From assembly GCA_963700285.1 (NCBI GenBank), contig CAVOXA010000007.1:1-64000 (forward strand): a stretch of DNA of 64,000 bases. The letters are read 5' to 3'. This DNA comes from an uncultured Chloroflexia bacterium (GTDB lineage Bacteria > Chloroflexota > Anaerolineae > JAAYZQ01). Each line of letters opens with the position of its first letter. The stretch's first letter is position 1. The translations under genes and the position numbers were made by a program. Below the pieces are notes generated by a model. That model worked only from the letters and a program-made list of their open reading frames with translations, was not told where the DNA came from and did no database searches. Positions 38,815 through 48,488 of this stretch are shown here, in pieces.

Positions 38815-38850
38815 AGACCTCGGAGGTTTTCTTCAACCTCCGAGGTCTTT
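38815..38850 (+). terminator. REP-like hairpin, possible terminator
   Basis: AGACCTCGGAGGTT-6 nt-AACCTCCGAGGTCT then a T run; arms resemble the 24154/39052 elements. Confidence 0.6.
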
Positions 38851-39051
38851 TGGATCGGCAGCAACGGGATCGATCTCTGTACTTGGGTGTGCCTGTCGAG
38901 ATGGATCCATGCCGAAAGCCGTCATAAGATTCGGACCCATCCGTCGTCGCAAGCTCCCTTTCCCTTTTTTGGGGGAAACGCTACCCCGAGGGCACACGCC
39001 GGGACAGTGGCACAGTGGCACAGTAGAACCCTCACCCATGGAAGCGAGACC

Positions 39052-39150
39052 AGACCTGACAGGTTTCTTGGCAATAGTTGCAGGATTTGCGCCGCCCAAG
39101 GACGACGCATACGCATGATGCTGCCGATCTGACGCAAACCTGTCAGGTCT
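39052..39150. repeat. REP/MITE-like element: perfect 15-bp inverted arms around a 69-nt spacer
   Basis: AGACCTGACAGGTTT ... AAACCTGTCAGGTCT. Confidence 0.78.
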
Positions 39151-39175
39151 TTGTTGATACCCAGATCTGCCAGCG

Positions 39176-39204
39176 TTGACAAATGAGCAGGGGCGTGATA
39201 TGAT
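39176..39204 (+). promoter_or_regulatory. Sigma70 promoter of the methyltransferase operon
   Basis: TTGACA-17 nt-TATGAT with extended -10 TG. Confidence 0.65.
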
Positions 39205-39429
39205 GTCGGGGCCCTTTGGGCCTCAGACTGATTGTGGGAGGTTGAGCGATGTGGACCCTATGCCCGCGTCCGCTCCTTGAAGCTGGTCTCTGACTCCATA
39301 CACCTCGCTAATGGTGGCAGTCTGCCGCTGCCCTTGACGTTCCTTGCTTGTACCAAACCCACTTTGAGACTGACGTTCCAACGTTGAAACGTTCCAACGT
39401 GAAACTGTAACCTTTGAGGAGGATGACCC

Positions 39430-40908
39430 ATGATCAGACCGAAACTGGAATTCCTGTCGCCGGAAGGCGTGGGGCGTGCCATTGACGAGGCCTACGAATT
39501 GCTGTGGGATCCTGGGGTACGCGTCCACTATGACGAAGCGCTGAAATTGCTGGCCGAGGCCGGCGCTACCGTGGATATGGAGTCGCGTGTGGCCCAGATC
39601 CCCCGTGACCTGGCCGAGCGATGCGTCGCGACGGCACCCAGTTCTTTCCATCTCTACGACTTTTACGGGGAGCCGCTCGTCCACTATGGCGGCGACGATA
39701 TTCACTACGATCCCGGATCGGCGGCCATCGAGATCGCCGACTATGACGCCAAAGAGTCGCGTGTGCCCGTGACGGCCGACCTCGAGAATTTCGTGCGCCT
39801 GGCCGACACGCTGCCCCAGATCGACGCCCTGGCCACCAGCATCGTCTGCGGCGACGTGCCCCAGAACATGGCCGATTGGTACCGCCTGTACCTGGTCCTG
39901 CTCTACGGCAGCAAGCCGATCGTGACCGGTACCTTTGCCATCGAGAGCTTTGCCATCATGCACGAGCTGCTCATCGCCGTATCAGGCAGCGCGGAGGCCT
40001 TGGCCGAAAAGCCGCGGGCGGTCTTTGACGTCTGCCCCTCGCCACCACTGCTGTGGAGTGACATCACCTGCGCCAACCTCATCGACTGCGCCCGCGCGGG
40101 CGTGCCTGCCGAGCTGGTCTCCATGCCTCTGACCGGCGCCACCGGCCCGCAAACCGTCATTGGCTCGGCCGTACAGCACGCCGCCGAGTGCCTGAGCGGT
40201 ATCACCATCCACCAGTTGGCCAAGGCTGGCAGCCCCATCGTCTGGGGCGGCTCACCGGCTTCCTTTGACATGCGCACCGGCACCACGCCCATGGGCGCCA
40301 TGGCCACCATGATGCTGGACTGCACCTATACCCAGATTGGCAAGAACATCAAGCCCGGCGGCGGCCTGCCAACGCACGCCTACCTGGGCATGGCCGACAC
40401 CAAGATCGTGGACGCCCAGACCGGGCTGGAGACGGCCTCGGGCGCCATTCTGGGCGCGCTGGCCGGTGTCAATATGATGTCCGGGCCGGGCATGATGGAC
40501 TTTGAGAGCTGCTTCAGCCTGGAGAAGCTGGTCATCGACGCCGAGATTGTAGGCATGGCCAAGCGGCTGGTGCGCGGTGTGGACGACACGGCCGATCCGC
40601 TGGCGCTGGACGTGATGCGCGAGATCGGCCACGCCGGCAATTTTCTCAAGAGCAAGCACACCCGCCGGTACTTTCGCAAAGAGGACTATATCCCCACCGA
40701 GGTCATCGACCGCGACTTCCGGCAGACCTGGTTCGACAAGGGAGCGCTGGACATCAACGCCCGCGCCCACCGTCGCGTTCAGGACCTGATCGCGGCCTAC
40801 GAGCTGCTGCCGCTGCCCGATGACATCGTTCGCGATCTGGAGTCGATTGCCAGCCGCCACGCCAGAGAAGCGGGGCTGGACAAGCTGCCAGCGCGCACGG
40901 TGCGCTAA
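39430..40908 (+). CDS. Trimethylamine:corrinoid methyltransferase family (MttB superfamily), non-pyrrolysine
   Basis: 492 aa without an in-frame amber codon; SPPL, GATGP, FDMRTG, K..DAQ.G.E and SLEKLVID.E motifs; GAGGAGG RBS. Confidence 0.88.
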   Translation: MIRPKLEFLSPEGVGRAIDEAYELLWDPGVRVHYDEALKLLAEAGATVDMESRVAQIPRDLAERCVATAPSSFHLYDFYGEPLVHYGGDDIHYDPGSAAIEIADYDAKESRVPVTADLENFVRLADTLPQIDALATSIVCGDVPQNMADWYRLYLVLLYGSKPIVTGTFAIESFAIMHELLIAVSGSAEALAEKPRAVFDVCPSPPLLWSDITCANLIDCARAGVPAELVSMPLTGATGPQTVIGSAVQHAAECLSGITIHQLAKAGSPIVWGGSPASFDMRTGTTPMGAMATMMLDCTYTQIGKNIKPGGGLPTHAYLGMADTKIVDAQTGLETASGAILGALAGVNMMSGPGMMDFESCFSLEKLVIDAEIVGMAKRLVRGVDDTADPLALDVMREIGHAGNFLKSKHTRRYFRKEDYIPTEVIDRDFRQTWFDKGALDINARAHRRVQDLIAAYELLPLPDDIVRDLESIASRHAREAGLDKLPARTVR

Positions 40909-40999
40909 CCTAGCCCAAGCTCCAGCAATACGCAACACGCAACACGTGTTACGTGCTACGTCTTGCTGCTACATGTCACGTGCATCAAAGGAGACAACC

Positions 41000-41647
41000 A
41001 TGTCTGAAGAACTGTACAAGGCAATGGCCCAGGCGGTCATTGAGGGAGACGACGAAGAGGCGGAGGCCCTGGCCCGGCAGGCGTTGGACCAGGGCGTCGA
41101 CGCGCTGGCCTGTATCAACCTGGGCTACACGGTTGGCATGGATGAGGTCGGTGAGCTGTTCTCGACCGGCGAGTACTTTTTGCCTGATCTGATTCTGGGC
41201 GGCGAGGCCATGAAGGCCGCCCTGGCTGTCCTGGAGCCGGCGCTGAAGGCGGCGGGCCAGGAGCGGGCGGTGCTGGGCCGCGTGGTCCTGGGCACGGTCA
41301 AGAGCGACATCCACGAGATCGGCAAATCGCTGGTGGGTACGATGCTTTCGGCCAACGGCTTTGAGGTCTATGACCTGGGGATCGACATCGAGTCCTCCGA
41401 GTTCGTGGCCAAGGCCCGCGAATACAATGCCGACATCGTGGCCCTGTCGGCCCTGCTGACGACGACCATGCTGCACCAGCGAGAGGTGATCGAGCACCTG
41501 GCCGAGGCGGGACTGCGCGACCAGGTGAAGGTGATGGTCGGCGGCTCACCCGTAACGCGGGGTTGGGCGGACCAGATCGGGGCCGACGGCTTTGCCGAGG
41601 ACGCGGCGTCCTCTGTGCCCGAAGCCAAACGTTTGATGGGTATCTAG
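41000..41647 (+). CDS. Corrinoid (B12-binding) methyl-acceptor protein, MttC/MtbC-like
   Basis: ATG 41000 after AAGGAG; GEYFLPDL, DIHEIGK (DxHxxG), LSALLTTT, VMVGG. Confidence 0.92.
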   Translation: MSEELYKAMAQAVIEGDDEEAEALARQALDQGVDALACINLGYTVGMDEVGELFSTGEYFLPDLILGGEAMKAALAVLEPALKAAGQERAVLGRVVLGTVKSDIHEIGKSLVGTMLSANGFEVYDLGIDIESSEFVAKAREYNADIVALSALLTTTMLHQREVIEHLAEAGLRDQVKVMVGGSPVTRGWADQIGADGFAEDAASSVPEAKRLMGI

Positions 41648-41656
41648 GAAAAATCA

Positions 41657-41729
41657 CCGCGGAGAGGCAGAGTTCGCAGAGAAAACATAGACATAATGTT
41701 TCACTCTGTGTTCTCCGCGTCTCCGCGGT
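41657..41729. repeat. Imperfect palindromic intergenic element
   Basis: ACCGCGGAGA.GCAGAG ... CTCTGTG..CTCCGCGTCTCCGCGGT inverted arms. Confidence 0.6.
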
Positions 41730-41749
41730 AAACGCTCACTGGAGGATTC

Positions 41750-42667
41750 GTGGAACTGACCGGTACCATCGTCCCGTTGGTGACGCCCTTTGAGGCTGAA
41801 GAGTTTGATGCGCAGGCCATGGGCCAGCTCATCGCCTGGGTGCTGGAGCAGGGGGCTGACGCCCTGATGCCCACGGCGCTGACGGGTGAGGGCCCCTTGC
41901 TGTCGGCAGAAGAGACCGTGGCGGTGTGGGCCGCGGTCTTTGAGCTGGTCGATGGCCGCGCGCCAGTTCTTCCAGCCATTATCTCGGCGACGACGCGCGA
42001 GTCCAGCTACCTGGTTCGTATCGCCGAGGGGATGGGCGCGGCGGCGGTCATGGTCGCGCCTGTTCTGCCCGAGCTTTACGCCGGGCGCTCGCATGACGAC
42101 GTCTGGGCCTTCTATGCCGACGTCGCAGCCGTCACGGCGCTGCCCATCATCCTGTTCAACTACCCGTCGCTGACCGGCGTAGATTTCACGCCGCCGCTGG
42201 TCGCCCGCCTCGTCGAGATCGACAACATCCGCTACATCAAGGAGAGTTCGGGCGACACCAGGCGGGTGCACGGCCTGCAACGCGCCCTCGGCGACCGGCT
42301 TTCGGTGATCTGCGGGACGCCCAATACGGCGCTGGAATCGCTGGCCCTGGGCTGCAGGATCTGGATCACGGGTGTCATGAACGCGGTGCCCAGGTCGGCG
42401 CAACAGTTGATGGCGGCTGTGGACCGGGGGGATCTGCCCCTGGCTCGCCGCATCTACCACGGGCAGATCTTGCCGGTGGTAGACGTACTGGCCGGAAACT
42501 ATAATCCCACGGGCACCATCAAGGCTGCCGTCCGCGCTCGTGGCGTCGATGTGGGCGTGCCCCGGCGGCCGGGCGGTGATGTGTCGCCGGAAGATTGGCT
42601 GCACTTGAAGGCGCTGATGGCCGGGATAGCGCGGGCCGAGGCGCGGACGGCCCAGATTCTTGAGTAG
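41750..42667 (+). CDS. DapA/NAL-family class I aldolase-like protein
   Basis: PLVTPF, LTGE, IKESSGD (Schiff-base Lys); FNYP at the usual YNxP position. Confidence 0.85.
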   Translation: MELTGTIVPLVTPFEAEEFDAQAMGQLIAWVLEQGADALMPTALTGEGPLLSAEETVAVWAAVFELVDGRAPVLPAIISATTRESSYLVRIAEGMGAAAVMVAPVLPELYAGRSHDDVWAFYADVAAVTALPIILFNYPSLTGVDFTPPLVARLVEIDNIRYIKESSGDTRRVHGLQRALGDRLSVICGTPNTALESLALGCRIWITGVMNAVPRSAQQLMAAVDRGDLPLARRIYHGQILPVVDVLAGNYNPTGTIKAAVRARGVDVGVPRRPGGDVSPEDWLHLKALMAGIARAEARTAQILE

Positions 42668-42873
42668 CCGCGACGCAGCCAAGGCGAATGCCTATCCCGA
42701 GGGACAAAGGAGATCTGCGTCGGCTCAACCGAGATCCTTCGCTGGTGCTACTAATGACACCGGTCCTGTCACTGCGAGGCCCGTCGTTTGGGCCGAAGCA
42801 CCGCCACGAGGCCTCGCGGTGGCAGTCCCCGACTCTGTCGCAAGTGGGGATTGCTTCGTCGGCCTACGGCCTC

Positions 42874-42963
42874 CTCGCAATGACCTGGTCAAGGGGGTGT
42901 CACTCGCAATGACCTGGTCAAGGGGGTGTCACTCGCAATGACCTGGTCAAGGGGGTGTCACTC
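42874..42963 (+). repeat. 3 x 29-bp tandem repeat inside a cluster of REP-like palindromes (about 42690-43010)
   Basis: CTCGCAATGACCTGGTCAAGGGGGTGTCA x3, preceded by GTCACTGCGAG...GATTGCTTCG. Confidence 0.88.
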
Positions 42964-43077
42964 CATTTGGAGTGGCGCCCTGCGCCATGGAACACTCAGG
43001 ATGACGGCCTCTGAGCCGCAGCACCAGGAGCCTATTCTGGCGTAGCATGCGCCTGGTGGTTCGAAATGGAGGGTAAA

Positions 43078-44250
43078 ATGGGCTTCAAGTATGCAGTATT
43101 GGGTGCGGGCCGGCAGGGGACCGCCTGCGCCTACGACATGATCCGGTTTGGCGAGGCTGACAGTGTCGTGCTGGCCGACCAATCGCTGGCACTGGCCCGG
43201 GATGCAGCGGCCCGAGTCAACCGGCTCCTGGAGACAGACAAGGCCGTCGGGATTCAACTGGACGTAACAAATTCTCCTGCCCTGGTGGCGGCCCTGACCG
43301 GCATCGACGCCTTTCTCAGCGCGGTGCCCTACTACTTGAATCTGGAGATCACCCGGGCCGCCATAGAGGCTGGGGCGAGTATGTGCGACCTGGGCGGCAA
43401 CACCGATCTGGTCCGCGAGCAACTCAAGCTGTCTCCCCAGGCCGGGGCTGCCGGCATCAGCATTGTGCCCGACTGCGGCCAGGTGCCGGGCATGGGCACG
43501 ACGCTGATGGTCTATGCCATGGGCCTGCTGGACGAGGCGGAGGAGGTGTTCATGTGGGATGGTGGCCTGCCGCAGGACCCACGGCCGCCTTTTGACTACC
43601 TGCTCACCTTCAACGTCGCCGGGTTGACCAACGAGTATGCTGAGCCGCCCATTTTTTTGCGGGACGGCAAGCCAACCCTGGTACCGACGATGGACGAGCT
43701 GGAAGAGATCGAGTTTCCAGCACCGGTGGGGCGCCTGGAGGCTTTTACCACAGGCGGCGGCGTGTCGACCATGCCCTGGACCTTTGAGGGTAAGCTCAAG
43801 ACGATCCAGAACAAGACGGTTCGTTACCCGGGGCACTTTGCCCAACTGCGGGCCTTCTACGATCTGGGCCTGTGGGATACCGAGCCGGTGCAGGTGGGGA
43901 ACCAGAGGGTGGCGCCCAGGGACCTGTTCCACAAACTCTTTGAGCCGATGGTTACTTTCCCGGAGGACAAGGACGTGGTGGTCATCCGCATCCAGGCCAC
44001 GGGAACCAAGGATGGGCGGCCCGCGGAGGCGATCCTGGACTTGACGGACTCTTACGATGACGAGACCGGCTTTACGGCCATGGAGCGGACGACGGGCTGG
44101 GATGGAGCCATCGTGGCCGGCATGATGGCCCGGGGGCAGACCCCCCGAGGCGCGGCGCCGGTGGAGGTTGCCGTGCCGCCTGTGCTGTTCGTGGAGGAAT
44201 TGGCCAAGCGCGGAATCAGGGTAGAGGCCAGGGTACGACGCGCGAGCTAG
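43078..44250 (+). CDS. Saccharopine dehydrogenase / lysine 6-dehydrogenase family oxidoreductase
   Basis: VLGAGRQG Rossmann motif, DLGG, PDCG..PG, GLTNEY, KTVRYPGH, TAMERTTG (start 43066 or 43078). Confidence 0.87.
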   Translation: MGFKYAVLGAGRQGTACAYDMIRFGEADSVVLADQSLALARDAAARVNRLLETDKAVGIQLDVTNSPALVAALTGIDAFLSAVPYYLNLEITRAAIEAGASMCDLGGNTDLVREQLKLSPQAGAAGISIVPDCGQVPGMGTTLMVYAMGLLDEAEEVFMWDGGLPQDPRPPFDYLLTFNVAGLTNEYAEPPIFLRDGKPTLVPTMDELEEIEFPAPVGRLEAFTTGGGVSTMPWTFEGKLKTIQNKTVRYPGHFAQLRAFYDLGLWDTEPVQVGNQRVAPRDLFHKLFEPMVTFPEDKDVVVIRIQATGTKDGRPAEAILDLTDSYDDETGFTAMERTTGWDGAIVAGMMARGQTPRGAAPVEVAVPPVLFVEELAKRGIRVEARVRRAS

Positions 44251-44494
44251 CCAGGGCTAGGGAGCCAGAAGGCTCGTTGCGGGCCGCGGCCAACCGGCAG
44301 CGTTCTTTGCCGACGTCAGAACTGAGGCGAGATGGGCTCCCACCATCAGGTGGGAGCCTGTTTGGTTCAGACGGCGCGAGGCGCCAGAGACGGATCTGTA
44401 GCTGGGCCCGGTTGCGCAAGAGCCAGGCACACCCTGAAATCGAGCCTTGCAGCGTATCGTACCCAGGGCTGAGGCAAAGCCTCTTGGCCAGGTC

Positions 44495-44592
44495 AACCTC
44501 CCGCAGGTTTTCGCCTCTTCAGGCGCCTGCGCACGGGTGAACCCAGGCCACTTCCGCTGGTATCTGCTCAGCGGACAAACCTGCGGGAGGTT
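44495..44592. repeat. Element with perfect 16-bp inverted arms around a 66-nt spacer
   Basis: AACCTCCCGCAGGTTT ... AAACCTGCGGGAGGTT. Confidence 0.72.
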
Positions 44593-44959
44593 TGTCTCCG
44601 ACAATGCAACAGCCGTAGTATCGTACCTGAACATGTTGCATTTAGAGCCGAATTGAGTTATGCTTGTCGCATGAGCGATAGGTACAGATGACAGCCTGTG
44701 CCGGGCTGCGTCAGGCTCAGGAGCGCTGGTTACGGAAGCCAGTCCGGCCGCCGATCCCTCCTCAATGAGCGCGCTGGCGGTCACGGGTGGAGGCACTGCC
44801 AGTCCAAAGACGGCGCCATCGCTTTGCGGTGCGGGTTGGTGATGACGCCGGGTGGCGCAGGTTATGGCAGGCTCATCGCCAACAGAGGACGCCTTGGTCC
44901 AACCACCGCGCTAGAACAGTGCCAATAGGGTCGCCATGCCAGAAGAGGAGGTGGCCAGT

Positions 44960-47900
44960 ATGTTCTGCCCAAACTGCAGTGCCGACAATCGAGACGACGC
45001 TACCTATTGTCTGCAGTGTGGCTCACCCCTCGCGCCAGTCTGTCCCCTCTGCGGCCGGGAGCTGCAGCCAGAGGCGCAGTTCTGTGACGGATGCGGTGCG
45101 CGCCGGGGCGCTTTGAAATCTGACACCTTGGTGGGGCCTGAGGCCGCTGCTGCGGAGGCGCTCCGGCGATTGGCTCCCAAGGCCTACGCCGACCGGTTGC
45201 TGGCCGCGGGCGGCGAGATGGTGGGTGAGCGCAGGATGGTGACCATCCTCATGTCCGACGTCAAGGGCTCCAGTGCCCTGTCCCGAGACCTGGACCCAGA
45301 GGAGTGGTTGGAGATCATGGGTGGGGCCTTTGATGTGCTCATCGAACCCATCGCCCGCTACGAGGGCACGGTGGCGCGGCTGGAAGGCGACGCCATCATG
45401 GCCTTTTTCGGCGCGCCCATCGCCCACGAGGATGATCCCGAGCGGGCCTGCCGGGCAGGATTGGAGATCGTCGCAGGGGGCCAGGGCATACGGAGCGCGC
45501 CTGGAAAAAGAGCGCGGTATCAGGGGCTTTGACGTGCGGGTGGGCATCCACACCGGATTGGTGGTCGTCGGCGAGGTGGGCACCGACCTGCGGATGGAGT
45601 ACACGGCAATGGGGGAGGCGCCAAACCTGACAGCACGGCTGGAGGCTGCGGCGGAGCCAGGCACGGTGCTCATCAGCGAGGCGACGCTAAAGTTCGTCGC
45701 GCCGCTGTTTGAGACGGTGCCGCTTGGGCCCATCCAGGCCAAGGGTTGGCAGGAGCCGGTTCCCGTGTTCCGTGTACTTGCCGCCCGACAAGTCCCCTCC
45801 AAGATACGGGGCATCGAGGGGCTGGAGTCGCCACTGGTAGGGCGAGAGGCAGAACTCGCCGCATTGCGGGGGGCCCTGGAGCGGCTGAGTGCCGGGGAGG
45901 GCGGCATTGTAACCGTCGTGGGGGAGGCCGGCATCGGCAAGTCGCGGTTGTTGGCCGAGTTGCGCAAGCAAGGGCCGGCCAAGCTGTCAGAGCCTTGGTC
46001 AGGCCGGGTGGACCTGCGATGGGTCGAGGGTCGTTGTCTTTCCTACGGCACGTCCATCGCCTACCTTCCGTGGCTGGGTGCATTGCGCAGTATCATGGGT
46101 ACAACGGCGGACGAAGCGCCGGCGTCTGTTGTCAGCGCGCTGAAGGAATTCGTTCGCTCCGTCTGCGCCGGGCGGTTCCACGAGGTCTATCCCTATCTGG
46201 CACAGATGATGTCATTGCCGCTTGAGGACGAACACCAGCAAGTCCTTGCCAGGTTGCAGGGCCAGGAGCTGAGGGCGCAGACCTTCATGGCGGTGCAGAT
46301 GGCCATCGCTTGCGCGGCTGAGCAGCGGCCGTTGGTCCTGGTGCTCGAGGACCTGCACTGGTCCGACACCACATCGCTGGCGCTGCTCGAGCACCTGTTT
46401 GCCGTGATGGAGGGCGCACCGCTCCTGATCATTGCCGTCTTCCGGCCGCACAGGGAGCACCGCTCATGGCGGCTCAGGCAGGTAGCTGTGGAGCAGTATG
46501 CTGAGCGCTACACCGATCTGTTGCTTGATCCGCTCACTTCCACCGATGGCCAAACGCTGGTCGACAACCTGCTGGGCGTTGGCGGTCTGCCCGAGGAGCT
46601 GACCCAGCGCATCCTCGCTCGTGCCGAAGGCAATCCCTTCTACGTGGAGGAGATCGTCCGCACGTTGCTGGATGAGGCCAGCATCGTGCAGGATAAGGCG
46701 ATGGGGGGCTGGCGGGTAGCTGGTGAGGTGGAGGAGATCGCCATCCCCGATACCTTGCAGGGTGTGCTCTTGGCTCGCATCGACCGCTTGCAGGAGGGTG
46801 CAAAGCGGGTGCTGCAGATGGCCTCAGTCATTGGACGCATCTTTGCGTTTAGGCTGTTGCAGGCGATTCTGACGGAGGAACGTGGGCTAGACGCACAGCT
46901 GCTGAGCCTGCAGCGGGAGGAGATGATCCGGGAGCGGGCGCGGCTGCCGGAGCTGGAGTACATCTTTAAGCATGAGTTGACGCGGGAGGCGGCCTACAAC
47001 GGGCTGTTGCGGAAGCAGCGGCGCGTCTTCCACCGGCAGGTGGCTCAGGGGCTGGAGCGGCTCTATCCTGACCGCGTGGAGGAGCAGCTTGGTCTGCTGG
47101 CCTACCACTGGGAGCTGGCAAGTGATGCGGAGAAGGCGGTGGGCTATCTGCTGCGAGCGGCCCAGAGGGACGTGCGGCAGTTCGCTAACGAGGAGGCCAT
47201 TGCCCATTTCAGCCGCGGGTTGGCGCTGCTCGAGTCCCTGCCGCATACCCCGGAGCGCACCCAGTTGGAGTTTGCCCTGCAGAGCGGGCTGGGCGCGCCA
47301 TTGATTGCCACCAGGGGTTATGGCGTGCCGGAGGTGGGCCGTGCCTGGGGCCGTGCCTTGGAACTGTCGCAGCAGATGGGCGATCCACCGGAGTTGTGGG
47401 GGGCACGGAGGCCAATCTATCAGTACTACCTCGCCCGCGCTGAGCACCAGAAGGCACTCCACATTGCCCAGCAGATGGCTGACGCGGGCGAACGTGCAGG
47501 GGGACTGCCACACTTCCCATTTCCCAGGGGCGCACTGGGGATCTCGCGCTTCTATCTCGGCGACCTTGAACCGGCAAGCGCCCACCTGGAGGCGACGGTT
47601 GCCTGCTACGACCCTGAGGTGCACCTCTCATTGGGCTTCATCTACGGCCAGGACCTGGGAGTGCTGTACCTTTCCTACCTGGCCTGGGCACTCTGGTTGT
47701 TGGGCCATGCTGACCGGTCCCTGGAGCGAAGCCACGAGGCCGTGGGCTTGGCTCAGGCCCTGGACCACCCCCTTACTCTGGCCCTCGCCCTATCGATGGC
47801 TGGCTGGCTCCGTTCGTCGTGCCGGGATGCCCGGGGGACAAAGGAGTGGGCCGAGGCCGCGAGTGAGGTCGCACGACCACGGCAACTTGTGTTCTACCAG

Positions 47901-48416
47901 GCTGGCGCCATGGGTCTGCGCGGCTGGGCCCTGGTAGCTCAGGGAGCAGCGGAGGAAGGAGAGGCAGAGATCCGCGGGGGTGTGGCTGCCTGGCAGGCCA
48001 CCGGTTCCGAGTTTCACAGGCCGCATTTCCTGACCTGGCTGGCCGAGGCCGCTGCGAAGAGGGGGCGGCTTGACGAGGGTCTTGACCTGCTCGCTGAGGC
48101 GCTGGCTTGGGTGGAAGAGACCGGCGAGCGTTACTACGAGGCGGAGATACGCCGGCTCAAGGGGGAGTTCCTGCTGGAGTTGGGCCATCCGGCCAGGGCT
48201 GAAGCCGCCTTTCAGCAGGCCATCGAGGTGGCCCGGCAGCAAAGCGCCAGGTCTCTGGAACTGCGGGCTGCAGTGAGCCTCAGCCGTCTGTGGCAGAGCC
48301 AGGGCAGGCGTGAAGACGCCCGGCAGCTGCTGGCGGAAATCTATGATTGGTTCACCGAGGGGTTTGATACGCTTGACCTGAAGGAAGCCAAGGGGCTGCT
48401 GGGGGAGTTGGCCTGA
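44960..48416 (+). CDS. Double zinc ribbon-class III adenylate/guanylate cyclase-AAA ATPase-TPR protein (frameshift near 45478)
   Basis: Four CxxC pairs; TILMSDVKGS, GDAIMAFFGAP, RVGIHTG; Walker A GEAGIGKS, Walker B LEDLHW; C-terminal ELRAA..L.RLW; shift in a G5 run. Confidence 0.87.
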
Positions 48417-48488
48417 GGCGGTGCTCAGCAATAGCAGGATGCGGAAGCTGCAGCCCCACCATGGGATCACCGTAGGGGGAGGCACGAG

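Noticed and set aside
39205-39429. Cobalamin or other riboswitch in the mttB leader
   Set aside because: No B12-box or other consensus could be recognised by eye, only short ACGTT repeats; an Rfam scan would be needed
39430-40908. Pyrrolysine-containing trimethylamine methyltransferase
   Set aside because: The ORF is full length with no in-frame TAG, and no pyl genes are visible
42874-42963. Mini-CRISPR (29-bp repeats)
   Set aside because: The repeats are directly adjacent with no spacers
45470-45485. Programmed frameshift in the cyclase gene
   Set aside because: It splits the catalytic domain at a G homopolymer and is more simply an indel error or mutation
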